Source: Gemmatimonadales bacterium (GTDB lineage Bacteria > Gemmatimonadota > Gemmatimonadetes > Gemmatimonadales > GWC2-71-9). From it: a DNA stretch of 64,000 nucleotides. Made by a program: the position numbers and the translations under genes. Position 1 is the stretch's first letter, and each line of letters opens with the position of its first letter. The stretch is taken from positions 1 through 64,000 of the forward strand of contig JBBQFH010000008.1 of assembly GCA_038321865.1 (NCBI GenBank), in the 5' to 3' direction. Positions 27,518-37,584 of the stretch are shown here, piece after piece. The notes below the pieces were generated by a model. The model saw nothing but the letters and a program-made list of their open reading frames with translations. It was not told where the DNA came from and did not search any database.

Positions 27518-27540
27518 TCTCCGATTTGCCGGGAGCATGC

Positions 27541-28008
27541 ATGCCCACCGCCTTCGACGCCCTTCGTGATGCCCCCAATGCCTGCCAGGTGCTGCCCAAC
27601 ATCATCACTGGCGGCCAGCCGACGCGGGCGCAGCTCGAAGCGCTCAAGGCCGCCGGCGGCGGCATCGTGCTCGACATCCGCGACCCGATGGAGCCGCGCC
27701 CCCTGGATGAGCCCGCCGAGGTCCGTACGCTCGGCCTCGAGTACGTAAACGTCCCCGTTTCAGGCGACGTGCTCACCGACGCGACGCTTGAGCGCATCCT
27801 CGGCGTCCTCCGCGGCGCGGGCGAGAAGCAGATCTTCTTTCACTGCGGGAGCGGCAACCGGGTCGGCGGGGCGATGGTCCCCTTCCTGATGCTCGATCAG
27901 GGCATGGAAGAGGACGACGCCGTCACCCAGGCGATGCGGATGGGACTCCGGAGCCCGGAGTACCTGGAGTGGGGGCTCGACTACGCGCACCGGCACGCCA
28001 CGGGCTGA
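27541..28008 (+). CDS. DUF442/Blh-like sulfurtransferase or phosphatase-fold protein
   Basis: GGQP, GLEYVNVPV, HCGSGNRV (CX4R loop). Confidence 0.8.
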   Translation: MPTAFDALRDAPNACQVLPNIITGGQPTRAQLEALKAAGGGIVLDIRDPMEPRPLDEPAEVRTLGLEYVNVPVSGDVLTDATLERILGVLRGAGEKQIFFHCGSGNRVGGAMVPFLMLDQGMEEDDAVTQAMRMGLRSPEYLEWGLDYAHRHATG

Positions 28009-28080
28009 CCGCGGCCCTGCCGGATGCAGAACGGGGCGACCACGATGGTCGCCCCGTTCCGTTTTCATGCCAGCCGATGT

Positions 28081-29622
28081 TCAGCGCTTGCGGTTCGACT
28101 CCGACGGCCGGGAGTACTCGCGCGGGGCGGCGGCTCGAGGGCTCTCCTCCCGCGGGGGCGGCGCCATCCGCGGCTGTTCGCGCTGCTGCTCCCTCGGCTG
28201 CTCCCGCGCACTGCGGTCGATCTGCGGGCGGTACTCCTGCGGCCGGAACTCCTGCTTGGGCTGACGCTGCTCCCTCGGCGCGGCCACTTCCTGCGGCTGG
28301 GCCTCCTGCCGCGAGCGGTAGTCGGGCTTGGCCGGGTAGGCGCGGACCGCCTCGACCTCACGATAATCCCGCTTTGCCGGCATGTCCGGCCGCACTTGCT
28401 CGAAGCGACCCTGCTGCTCCGGACGCGCCGTCTCGGGCATCATGTCGAGGCGACGGCCACGCTGATCCTGCCGGGTCCGCTGCTCGCCGCGCGGCGCATC
28501 CACGCGGCGGCCTTCGCCACGGCTCTGGGGCTCGGCCGAACGTTCGGCCGGACGCGACTTCACCCCGTCCGAACCCCGGCTGCCTTCCACTCGCTGCCGC
28601 CGGGCATCAACCGCGTTGTCCCGGCCCGGCTGGGCGACGATGTCCGGCCGCGAAGGTGTGCCGGCCTTGGGCGAATTGAGCGGCGGCTGGTAGACCCGCT
28701 GGGTCGCCTGCCGCGGGTCGTCGTTGCGGCGCGTGCGGTAGAGACTCGCCGTCGACCCGCCGTTCCAGGTCCGGTTGATGGACTTGAACTGGTACGGGGT
28801 GTAGATCTGCCCCTGATAGGTCGAGCGCGGGTAGTAGTTGTTGTACCCGTAGCCACCGCCGTACGGATAATACGTCGGGTAGTTGTAGGACCGGCGGTAG
28901 TTGTAGCCCGAGTAATACCCCCCGTAGTAGAAGGGGTCGTAGCTGAACGGATCGTAGTAGTACGAACGGTAGGGCCGCCCGAAGATCAGGTTGACCGACG
29001 GGCCCGATCGGCCGCCGAGGTAGTACGGATCGCAGTCCCAGCTGAAGTCGCAGAACGGGTCGTAGTAGGAGCGGCGGACCACCACGGGCGCGGGCGAGTA
29101 ATACGAGACGCTTCGCCCGTAGGAGACGTCATAGCTCAGCAGGTCGTAGTCGAACCGGCTGGCCGACATCCGCTTGACCATGTCGGTCAGATCGGGCTCC
29201 GGATCATCGCCGAGCCGCGTGGCGTTGAGCGAGCGGTAGTCCCAGTGATCGCCCTGCACGAATTCGTCGAAGCGGAACGGATCGTGGGAGACCGCGGCGA
29301 ACACCGTCCCGCCGCCCGACGACGTTTCTACCGTGAACGACTCCCGGTTGCCCCGGCCGCGGATCTCGTACCGGTGACCGCCACGAACGAAGTTGTCGTC
29401 GCCCGGATCCAGCGGAAACAGGACGCGCACCCGCCCATCCGGATCGGCGTGCAGGACCACGACGTAACCGTCGTCGTCGGTCTCGACCTGCACCTTTGCG
29501 CGATCGCCGCGCTCGAAGTGCCGGTCGTTGTTCATCCAGATGCGGATTGGGGGATCCTGCGCGCCGGTGCTGGGCGATGGCCCGCCGGCGGCCGTGATGG
29601 CGACCAACAATGCGGCGATCAT
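28081..29622 (-). CDS. Exported DUF4384-domain protein with Tyr-rich and Arg/Pro/Glu-rich tails
   Basis: Signal peptide; F..GD....V.TDDDGYVVVL..DPDGRVRVLFP; low-complexity C-terminal half. Confidence 0.75.
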   Translation of the reverse strand: MIAALLVAITAAGGPSPSTGAQDPPIRIWMNNDRHFERGDRAKVQVETDDDGYVVVLHADPDGRVRVLFPLDPGDDNFVRGGHRYEIRGRGNRESFTVETSSGGGTVFAAVSHDPFRFDEFVQGDHWDYRSLNATRLGDDPEPDLTDMVKRMSASRFDYDLLSYDVSYGRSVSYYSPAPVVVRRSYYDPFCDFSWDCDPYYLGGRSGPSVNLIFGRPYRSYYYDPFSYDPFYYGGYYSGYNYRRSYNYPTYYPYGGGYGYNNYYPRSTYQGQIYTPYQFKSINRTWNGGSTASLYRTRRNDDPRQATQRVYQPPLNSPKAGTPSRPDIVAQPGRDNAVDARRQRVEGSRGSDGVKSRPAERSAEPQSRGEGRRVDAPRGEQRTRQDQRGRRLDMMPETARPEQQGRFEQVRPDMPAKRDYREVEAVRAYPAKPDYRSRQEAQPQEVAAPREQRQPKQEFRPQEYRPQIDRSAREQPREQQREQPRMAPPPREESPRAAAPREYSRPSESNRKR

Positions 29623-29690
29623 GGGGCACCTCCGAAAACGTAACTGTCGACTGGGAATTGGACTGGGCGGAACGCGACTCGCCTCGTCAC

Positions 29691-29707
29691 TGCCAGCCTT
29701 GTGCCAA
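29691..29707 (-). promoter_or_regulatory. Sigma54-like -24/-12 promoter for DUF4384 gene
   Basis: Minus strand TTGGCACAAGGCTGGCA (GG-N10-GC), about 70 bp upstream of ATG. Confidence 0.5.
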
Positions 29708-29778
29708 TCTTACAGGTTGTTGCGGTACAACGGCTTGGAAAAATGATCCAAACTCGAGTGTCCCTTTTCCGAACACTT

Positions 29779-30195
29779 TCAGGGCTTGGCTGTCTCCTGG
29801 CCGCCGCTCCAGCGGTGCCAGTACATCCGCATCTCGGTGATGAGTTCGCCCGCCGTTTCGCAGAAGATCGCGCCACGGGCATCCACCCAGTCTCCGGTCC
29901 GGCGGCGCCGGAAGACGCAGCGGAACTCCGTCGAAAACCAGGGCCCTGCGGCATAGATCTCTCCCGAGGTGAACGTCACCTCGGACTGATTGTACGGCAT
30001 CTCCGCCCAGTAGCCGCGAATCTGGTGGACACCGGTGAGCGGCGCCGAGAACGGGGTCTCGATGAAGATCGCCTCGGGGGCGAACACGAGCATCATCGTA
30101 TCAACGCTGCCGCGGGTCCATCCGGTTCCAAACGAGTCGATCAGCGTGCGTCCGAGCACGCGGGTATCCCGGGGTCCGCCGTCTACGATCGTCAT
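29779..30195 (-). CDS. SnoaL/NTF2-like protein
   Basis: FAPEAIF.ETPF..PLTG..IRGYW, ITEMRMYW. Confidence 0.75.
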   Translation of the reverse strand: MTIVDGGPRDTRVLGRTLIDSFGTGWTRGSVDTMMLVFAPEAIFIETPFSAPLTGVHQIRGYWAEMPYNQSEVTFTSGEIYAAGPWFSTEFRCVFRRRRTGDWVDARGAIFCETAGELITEMRMYWHRWSGGQETAKP

Positions 30196-30246
30196 GCAGC
30201 CGGTACCTTGCTCCGTTCCGGGGATTGGTAAACATTCCGAGCGGTC

Positions 30247-32835
30247 ATGCCTTTCAACATACACGCGCGGTGGCGCATGCGCGCCGGGCCGGTGGCGCTG
30301 CTGCTGGCGCTCGGCCCGGCCGCGCTGGCCGGTCAGGGGTGCCCGCCGGAGTCGGGGCAGGCGTCAGCCGCCGGGTGGCGTGCCTTCCGAACCGACTCCT
30401 TGGTTGCCGCGGGCCGCCTGTTCGGGCGGGCCGCCGCGCTCTGCCCCGCCAATCTGGACGCCGCTTCCGGGCTCGGCTACCTCGCGCTCCGGCAGGGCGA
30501 TCCGCGCCGCGCCGACTCGCTGTTCCGTTCCGTCGTCCGCCGCGATCCATCCAATGCTGACGGGTGGGATGGGCAGGCCCGCGCCGCGGCCCGCCTGGGC
30601 GACAGTGCGACCGCCGTGACATCGGCCAGGCGGGCGCTCGGTCTCGATCCGCGGAACGCCGACGCACGCGCCCTCCTGAACCAGCTCCAGCCGGATTGGG
30701 ATCGACTGCCGCAAGCGGTCAGGCAAAGGCCGGAGGCGCTCGTCGTTCCCGCGCGGGTGCGCGGCGAGCGGTTCGAGATTCCCGCCGGCCGGGGCTGGCG
30801 TCCCTTCTATGTGAAGGGAATCAACCTCGGCGTGGCCACGCCCGGCCATCACCCCTCCGAGTTCCCCGCGGACTCGGCCGTGTACGCCGGCTGGCTCGAC
30901 ACGATCGCCGGCCTGCACGCCAACACCCTCCGCGTCTACACCATCCTGCCGCCGGCGTTCTATCGCGCGCTGGACGCGTGGAACGGCAGACATCCGGAAC
31001 AGGCGCTCTGGCTCATTCACGGGGTGTGGGCCGAGCTGCCGCCCGGCAACGACTTCGACGACCATGGGTGGAAAGCCGAGTTCCGGACGGAGATGCGCCG
31101 GGTGGTGGACCTGCTGCACGGACAGGCGACAGTGCCGGCGCGGCCCGGCCATGCGAGCGGCCGGTACGATGCCGATGTCTCCCGCTGGACGCTGGGATAT
31201 ATCATCGGCCGCGAGTGGGAGCCGTATGCGGTGAAGGCGTATGACGCCGCACACCCGGCGCGCACGCTCAAAACCCGCTTCCTCGACCTCTCGGCCGGCA
31301 CGCCGATGGATGCCTGGCTGGTCGAGCAGTGCGACTATCTGCTCGGCTACGAAGCCGACCGCTACAATGCACTCCGTCCCATCGCCTACACCAACTGGCC
31401 CACCCTCGACCCGCTGGCCCACCCGACCGAGGCGAGCAGCGCCGAAGAGCTCGCATGGCGGCGCCGGAACGGGCAGACCGGGGAGCACGCCAACCTCGAG
31501 TATGAGAACGATGCCGTCGCGCTGGACGCGACGCTGGTCCGGGCCACGGCGGCCAACCCCGCCGGCTGGTTCGCCAGCTACCACGCGTATCCGTACTACC
31601 CGGACTTCATGCTGCACGAGCCGGCGTACAGTCATTCGACGTCGAGCGAAGGCCGGTCCAACTACTTCGGGTACCTCAAGGACCTGCGCCGGTACCACGC
31701 CGGCGTACCGCTCCTGATCTCGGAGTACGGCGTGCCGTCGAGCCGGGGAGTGGCGCACCTGCAGCCGCAGGGCTGGAATCACGGCGGGCACGATGAGCGC
31801 GAGATGGGCGCGATCGATGCCCGACTGACCCGGGAGATCCATGAGGCCGGTACCGCCGGCGGCGTGCTGTTCGCCTGGATGGACGAGTGGTTCAAGCGGA
31901 ACTGGGTGGTGATCGACTTCGAGATTCCACTCGAGAACACGCGCCTCTGGCACAACGTCATGGACGCGGAGCAGCACTACGGCCTCCTCGCACAGTATGC
32001 CGGATCCGCAGACGGCACGCCGGTGCCGGGCGGCGACGCGGCGCCCTGGCGTGCGCTGCCGGTGGTGGCGCGCGGCGCACCATCCGAGGGTACGCTGAGG
32101 GTGGGGTCCGATGCGTCGTATATCCAGATCGCATTGGAGATGGTGCCGCCCGACTGGCGTCGCGAGGGGATCGAGATCGGCATCGACACCTGGCGCTCGG
32201 CCGCCGGGCAGCACCTGCTGCCGGCCTCCGGCCTGAGAAGCACTGTCGGCTTCGAGTTCCAGGTGAATCTGGCGGGGCCGGACAGCGGCGCCATCCGCGT
32301 GGCGCCCTCGTACAACCGCTACGACGTTCCGGCCGACCCCGCGAGCGGCCGGGATTTCGGGCACTTCTTCCATCGCCCGGTCACGGTCAGCGACCGGGCC
32401 GACGGGCGCTTCGATGCGATGCAGGTAACGGTCAACCGCTCGCGCTACGGGCGCGACGGCACCTTCTTTCCTGCGGCGACGGTGGACCGCGGGCGCCTCC
32501 GCTATGGCAGCGCCGGCGCTTCGACCCTCTCCGACTGGTATTATGACTCGCGTGCCGGGCTGCTCGAGCTCCGGATCCCGTGGGACCTCCTGAACGTGAC
32601 CGACCCGTCCACGCGGACGCTGCTCTTCGATCACGATTCGACCGGCGAGTTTGGCACGGTGCACGCCGACAGCTTTCATTTCGTCGTCGCGCGGTACGAC
32701 AAGGCACGGCGGCGCGCCGCATCGACCCTCGGCCCGGCGGCGTGGACCTGGCAACCGTGGACCGTCCCCGTTTCCCACAGTCGGCTCAAGCCCGCGGCCG
32801 ATTCGATGCGCGCCGTGTGGGGCGCGCTACCCTGA
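30247..32835 (+). CDS. Exported TPR plus TIM-barrel glycoside hydrolase-like protein
   Basis: Signal peptide, TPRs, then KGINLG, ANTLRVYT, GREWE, YHAYPYYPDF, ISEYGVP, FAWMDEWFK (GH-A clan-like Glu pair). Confidence 0.75.
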   Translation: MPFNIHARWRMRAGPVALLLALGPAALAGQGCPPESGQASAAGWRAFRTDSLVAAGRLFGRAAALCPANLDAASGLGYLALRQGDPRRADSLFRSVVRRDPSNADGWDGQARAAARLGDSATAVTSARRALGLDPRNADARALLNQLQPDWDRLPQAVRQRPEALVVPARVRGERFEIPAGRGWRPFYVKGINLGVATPGHHPSEFPADSAVYAGWLDTIAGLHANTLRVYTILPPAFYRALDAWNGRHPEQALWLIHGVWAELPPGNDFDDHGWKAEFRTEMRRVVDLLHGQATVPARPGHASGRYDADVSRWTLGYIIGREWEPYAVKAYDAAHPARTLKTRFLDLSAGTPMDAWLVEQCDYLLGYEADRYNALRPIAYTNWPTLDPLAHPTEASSAEELAWRRRNGQTGEHANLEYENDAVALDATLVRATAANPAGWFASYHAYPYYPDFMLHEPAYSHSTSSEGRSNYFGYLKDLRRYHAGVPLLISEYGVPSSRGVAHLQPQGWNHGGHDEREMGAIDARLTREIHEAGTAGGVLFAWMDEWFKRNWVVIDFEIPLENTRLWHNVMDAEQHYGLLAQYAGSADGTPVPGGDAAPWRALPVVARGAPSEGTLRVGSDASYIQIALEMVPPDWRREGIEIGIDTWRSAAGQHLLPASGLRSTVGFEFQVNLAGPDSGAIRVAPSYNRYDVPADPASGRDFGHFFHRPVTVSDRADGRFDAMQVTVNRSRYGRDGTFFPAATVDRGRLRYGSAGASTLSDWYYDSRAGLLELRIPWDLLNVTDPSTRTLLFDHDSTGEFGTVHADSFHFVVARYDKARRRAASTLGPAAWTWQPWTVPVSHSRLKPAADSMRAVWGALP

Positions 32836-32848
32836 ATCCGGAGCTTCG

Positions 32849-34306
32849 GTGATCCGACGCCTCACCCCGCTCGTGCTGCTGGCGCTGGCCGCCGGGCGCC
32901 TCGACGCCCAGCTGCCCGAGGGCAACCGCGCGTGGGCCGCCGGGCGCTACGACGAGGCGCGTGCGGCGTACGAGCGCGTGCTTCAGGCCGATCCCCGGTC
33001 GGTGCGGGCGCTCTACCGGCTCGGCGTGCTGGCTTCGTGGCGAAACCAGCTTGATTCAGCACTCGTGCTGCTCAGGCGGGCGCGCGGAATCGAGCCGGAT
33101 GATCCGGATGTGCGGGTGAGTGAGGCCCAGGTGCTCGGCTGGCAGGGGCACCACGACGCGGCGATCGCGCGGTACGACAGCGTGCTGGCCGTCGACCCCG
33201 AGCGGCGCGATGCGCTGCTCGGGCGTGCCCGCGTCCTGGCCTGGGCCGAGCGCTATGCGGCCGCCGATTCCGGGTACCGGCTGATGCTGTTGAACGACCC
33301 GGAGGATGCGGACGCGCTGCTCGGCCGCGCCCAGCTGGCGCACTGGAACGGGCACGACGGCGCGGCAGGCGCATTCCTGGCCAGGGCGCTGGCGCGCGAC
33401 TCGTCAAACCGCGAGGCGCAAGCGCTCCGGCGCGAGCTCCACGCCGCCTCCGGCCCCGAGGCCGAAGCGACGGTCAACTGGAACAACGACTCCGACCACA
33501 ACACGAACTGGACCGAGGCACTGACGCTCTCTACCGGCATCGCGCCCGGCATCCGCGTCTTCGCGACCGGCGGATTGCAGCGGAGCAGCGATCCGGTGCG
33601 GAGCGCGAGCAGGCTGCTGGCGGAGAGCGGGCTCCAGCTGGCCATGGGCCGAGTCCGGCTCACCGCCGCGGCAGGCGGACGGGAGCTTCGGCCCGACGCG
33701 CTGCCCTCGAGATCAGTATTCACCTATCGGGCGGGCGCGGGATACCGCCCCGCGCGGGGACTCGACCTGGGTGCGACGTTCGCCCACTTGCCGCTGGACG
33801 AGACCGCACTCCTGATCGGGGGCGGGCTCGACATCGACGCGCTCGACGGAAGCGTGGAAGCGCGGCTGGCCCGGCGCCTCGCGCTCAGTCTGGGCGGGGG
33901 CGCCGCCTGGATCAGTGACGGCAACCGGCGCGTCTCCGCGGTGGCAGCACTGACCCACACGGCCACCCGGCACCTGTTCCTCGGCGCGTACGGCCGGCTG
34001 CTCGACTACGAGCAGCACGGGGTGGGTTACTTCTCGCCCGACCGATTCGTGCTGGCGGAGGCCCGCGGCGGCTATCTCGCCGCGGGCCACGGATGGGAAG
34101 GCCGTCTGAGCGGCGGAGCCGGCGTGCAGCACACGACTGGATCGTCGGCGCAGGGGGAGTGGCACGTCGAGGCCCGGATCGCGCGGCGGTGGAACACGCT
34201 CAACAGCGTCGAGCTGTTCGGCGGGGTGACCAACAGCGTGGCCAGCTCGGTCAACGGTGCGTTTCGCTACCGGTCGGCGGGCGCGCGGGTGCTCATCGGG
34301 TTCTGA
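32849..34306 (+). CDS. TPR plus C-terminal outer-membrane beta-barrel (PgaA/BcsC/YaiO-like)
   Basis: GTG start with GGAG, signal peptide, several TPRs, GYFSP motif, ends in RVLIGF. Confidence 0.7.
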   Translation: MIRRLTPLVLLALAAGRLDAQLPEGNRAWAAGRYDEARAAYERVLQADPRSVRALYRLGVLASWRNQLDSALVLLRRARGIEPDDPDVRVSEAQVLGWQGHHDAAIARYDSVLAVDPERRDALLGRARVLAWAERYAAADSGYRLMLLNDPEDADALLGRAQLAHWNGHDGAAGAFLARALARDSSNREAQALRRELHAASGPEAEATVNWNNDSDHNTNWTEALTLSTGIAPGIRVFATGGLQRSSDPVRSASRLLAESGLQLAMGRVRLTAAAGGRELRPDALPSRSVFTYRAGAGYRPARGLDLGATFAHLPLDETALLIGGGLDIDALDGSVEARLARRLALSLGGGAAWISDGNRRVSAVAALTHTATRHLFLGAYGRLLDYEQHGVGYFSPDRFVLAEARGGYLAAGHGWEGRLSGGAGVQHTTGSSAQGEWHVEARIARRWNTLNSVELFGGVTNSVASSVNGAFRYRSAGARVLIGF

Positions 34307-35729
34307 TGCCGGGAATGTAGGTCTCGAAGAAGCCACGGCCGCTGTCCGACACCGCCGCGCCGGCCAGTCGGCCGGCCAGCACGAAGCGGCCGCGCATCTG
34401 CAGGAAATACCGCCTGAAATCAGCCGCACCCATCGCCGTCGCCAGCGCGTCCTCCACCACGACCGACAGGCGAACGGTATCGGCCTCCCGCGCCGCGAGC
34501 AGCTCGAACCGCTCGGGGCTCATGACGCCTGGCGTTGCCGTCGGCCGGGACCCGCTGTAGCGAATCGTCCTGAAGCGCACCACCTGGCGCGTGCCCAGCG
34601 AATCCACCACGGCCATGAAGAATGGCGAGCCGCCAGCGGCGGAGTCGGCGGCATAGACTCCGCCATAGAGCAGGTCGAGACTCCGGCCATGCGCCACTCC
34701 CCATTCCCACGTCACATCGCGCCACACCCCCCAGTTGTGATCGTGATAGGCAGGTGCGCCTGTCACCGACCGGCAGACGCCGCCGGTGCAGAAACGCCCG
34801 TCGGCGGTGCCGGCCAGGGCCGGCACCACGTAGCCGGAGACGAACGCGTCCGCCCGGAGCTCGGCCGGCGGAAAGTACCGGTGCGGTGAGGGGTGCAGCA
34901 CGAAGTCGATCTGGAGCCGCCCAGGCACTCGCGCGGAGAGGGTGTAGACACCACCGCGCTGCCGCACGATGTTGGGCCCGAGGGCGAGGTCTGCCGCCGC
35001 GGTGTCGAGTCGAACGCCGTCGGGTGCGATGGCCTCCGTGAAGCGCTCATAGCGTCCGTCGCTCCGCCGGTGTGTGACGATCAATTGCCCGCCCCAGCGC
35101 CCCGTGAGTACGGCGCCCCCGACGAGCATCGTCACATACCACCATTCCTGCGGACCAGTCACGATATTGAAGTAATGCCATTCGCCCCACGTCGAGTCGG
35201 GCACCGCCGGAAGGTGGAAGTGGTCGAGCTGGTCGTAGAGCTGCTGCGGTGTGGGTGCAACGTAGGCGAGGTCCGCCGGCGAGTCATCCCACGCGCCCGT
35301 GCGGACCTGGAGACCCGCGCCAACCGCCCTGGCGCGGCTCGGCACCTCGCCGCCGGCACGGACGACGACGGTCCGGCTACCCGCGTGGAGGTAGAGCAGC
35401 TTGTTCTCGATCACTGGCGCGACCGCGCGGATCACGCCGGCCTCGCGCGGGCCGCCCAGAATCTGGCGCGTCACGTACCGCGCGCGGTCGATGCCGAAGA
35501 ACATGCCGCTGATCCCACCAGTGCGCATCGCCTCCAGGTCGATGCCCTGCGGCAGCACGGTGAGCTCGCCGCCACCGACCAGCGCCACGTCGCGCGACTG
35601 CGTCAGCATCGCCTCGCCGACGGACAGCAGGACGATCATCACCCCGACCCCGATGGCGAACCCCGCCAGCAGCACCAGCGACCGCGCCTTGCGGACAGCC
35701 AGATGCCGGAACGCGAGGATCAGCAGCAT
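34293..35729 (-). CDS. MacB-type permease N-terminal half fused to an AttH/CrtC-like lipocalin domain
   Basis: LAFRHL..RKARS..L..GFAIGV TM1; WGEWHYFN and AYHDHNWG motifs; no C-terminal TMs. Confidence 0.7.
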   Translation of the reverse strand: MLLILAFRHLAVRKARSLVLLAGFAIGVGVMIVLLSVGEAMLTQSRDVALVGGGELTVLPQGIDLEAMRTGGISGMFFGIDRARYVTRQILGGPREAGVIRAVAPVIENKLLYLHAGSRTVVVRAGGEVPSRARAVGAGLQVRTGAWDDSPADLAYVAPTPQQLYDQLDHFHLPAVPDSTWGEWHYFNIVTGPQEWWYVTMLVGGAVLTGRWGGQLIVTHRRSDGRYERFTEAIAPDGVRLDTAAADLALGPNIVRQRGGVYTLSARVPGRLQIDFVLHPSPHRYFPPAELRADAFVSGYVVPALAGTADGRFCTGGVCRSVTGAPAYHDHNWGVWRDVTWEWGVAHGRSLDLLYGGVYAADSAAGGSPFFMAVVDSLGTRQVVRFRTIRYSGSRPTATPGVMSPERFELLAAREADTVRLSVVVEDALATAMGAADFRRYFLQMRGRFVLAGRLAGAAVSDSGRGFFETYIPGIRTR

Positions 35730-36397
35730 CAGCCGCGCACGCAGCCGTCGAGCATGTGCACCACGCGCCCCGCCTCTGCCGCCAGCCGATCATCGTGGGT
35801 GACGACGACCAGCGTGGTGCCGTCGGCGTTCAGCCGCCGGAACAGCGCGAGGATTTCGGCACCCGTCGCCGCATCGAGCTCGCCGGTCGGCTCGTCGGCG
35901 AGGAGCATCGCGGGCCGGTTCGCCAGCGCCCGCGCAATCGCGACTCGCTGCATCTCGCCGCCGGAGAGCTGCGTCGGCCGGTGCCCTGCCCTGTCACGCA
36001 GGCCGACGTACTCCAGCAGCTCGGCGGCCCGCTCCCGCCGTTCCCGCCGGCCGACGCCGGCCTCGGCCATCGGGAGCTCGACATTTTCGCTCGCGGTGAG
36101 CACCGGCAGCAGGTGGAACCGCTGAAAGACGAAGCCGAGCCGGAGGAGCCGGAGCCGGGTGAGCGCGCTGTCTCCGAGCGTCTCCAGGTGCGTGCCAAGC
36201 AGCGCGACCGATCCGGAGGACGGCGTGTCGATGCCGCCCATGAGCTGCAGCAGCGTGGACTTCCCGCTTCCCGACGGCCCGACGATGGCGACGTACTCGC
36301 CGGCCTCGATGTCGAGCGAGACGCCGCGGAGCGCGTGCACCGTTTCGCCGTTCATCGGGTAGTCCTTCTTCAGCTCCCTCGCGCTGAGAACGGTCAT
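35729..36397 (-). CDS. ABC ATPase (LolD/MacB-like)
   Basis: GPSGSGKS, GFVFQRFHL, LSGGEMQR, LADEPTGELD, VVTHD. Confidence 0.92.
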   Translation of the reverse strand: MTVLSARELKKDYPMNGETVHALRGVSLDIEAGEYVAIVGPSGSGKSTLLQLMGGIDTPSSGSVALLGTHLETLGDSALTRLRLLRLGFVFQRFHLLPVLTASENVELPMAEAGVGRRERRERAAELLEYVGLRDRAGHRPTQLSGGEMQRVAIARALANRPAMLLADEPTGELDAATGAEILALFRRLNADGTTLVVVTHDDRLAAEAGRVVHMLDGCVRG

Positions 36398-37584
36398 GTC
36401 GCCTCGGCGCGCAGCGTCGCCGCGATGGGGGCCCGGGCGGCGAGCCATGCGGGGTAGAGACCGGCGAGCGAGCCGGTCACGAGGAGGATGGCTCCGGCCA
36501 GCGCGATCGCGTCGGCCCGCGGGACGAAGAACGAGAAGGCCGCCGGGAGCCCGGGGAAGCTGGTGAGAATGGCGTCGAGGTAGCGGGCAGTCGCAAGTCC
36601 GAGAACGACGCCGACCGCGGCGCCGGCGGCCGTGAGCGCCGCGCCTTCGGTCAGCACCTGCGTGACGATACGGTGCCGGCTCACACCGATGGCGCGGAGC
36701 GTGGCGATCTCCCCCAGGCGCTCGTTGACGGTGATGGTGAGGAGCGTCGCCACCAGCAGCACGGTGACGACCAGGCTCACCGTGCCGAGGATGTAGGAGA
36801 GCTGGCGGAAGTAGACCATGCGTTCACGGAATGATGCGACCAGGTCGGCCACGCTGCTGATTTCGAGGCGAGGGAAGCTGCGGCTCAGACGTGCGGCGGT
36901 GGCCGCCACGTCGGCGCCGTCGCGCACCTTCACGACGACGAGTGATGCGCGATCGGTCGCGGCGGGGCCCAGCACGGACTGCAGCGCCGCGAGGGTGAGG
37001 CCGACGGACCGCTGACCCCGATAGTCGTAGAGCCAGCGGACGATGCCGCGCACCACGAACGGATGCTCACCCCGGCTGCCGGACATCTGGGGATCGAGCC
37101 GGCCCGTGAGCCCTAGCGTGTCGCCCGGCTGCGCTTTGAGCAGGCCGGCGGCGGCGCGGCTGAGGAGCAGCCCGGCCGTATCATCGGGCGCCAGGTCGCG
37201 CCCGGACTCGAGCTGATAGAGTGCCTGCGCGTTCGGCTCGATGCCGTAGGCTACCACGGTCCTCAGCGTATCCGACCGGGCGGCATACAGGTTGGCACCG
37301 AGCACGCCGCCGGCGGCGGCGACGTCGGGTTGGTCGCGCAGGCTCCGGACGATCGCCGCCGCGCCGGAGAGCGAAGCTTCGGTATCGAACGGCAGCGTTC
37401 CCTTCGGGGTCACCCGGATCTGATATCCGCGCCCGCTGAGGAGCCGGGCGAACGATCGCTCGATGCCGCCGCTCAGCATGACCATGTCGAGCAGCATCGC
37501 CGACGCCACCGCGATGCCCGCAAGTGACAGCGCCATCCGGAGAGGCTGGCGAAAGAGGTTCCGGACGCCGAGGCCGGCGGCCAT
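36394..37584 (-). CDS. FtsX/MacB-family permease, full length
   Basis: RNL.RQPLR TM1, periplasmic domain, ER..EIATLRAIG, YPAWLAAR..IA..LR.E. Confidence 0.9.
   Translation of the reverse strand: MAAGLGVRNLFRQPLRMALSLAGIAVASAMLLDMVMLSGGIERSFARLLSGRGYQIRVTPKGTLPFDTEASLSGAAAIVRSLRDQPDVAAAGGVLGANLYAARSDTLRTVVAYGIEPNAQALYQLESGRDLAPDDTAGLLLSRAAAGLLKAQPGDTLGLTGRLDPQMSGSRGEHPFVVRGIVRWLYDYRGQRSVGLTLAALQSVLGPAATDRASLVVVKVRDGADVAATAARLSRSFPRLEISSVADLVASFRERMVYFRQLSYILGTVSLVVTVLLVATLLTITVNERLGEIATLRAIGVSRHRIVTQVLTEGAALTAAGAAVGVVLGLATARYLDAILTSFPGLPAAFSFFVPRADAIALAGAILLVTGSLAGLYPAWLAARAPIAATLRAEAT

Noticed and set aside
28780..29110. Dense GTA/TAG repeats resembling an array
   Set aside because: Antisense Tyr codons of the DUF4384 protein; no fixed repeat-spacer period, so not CRISPR
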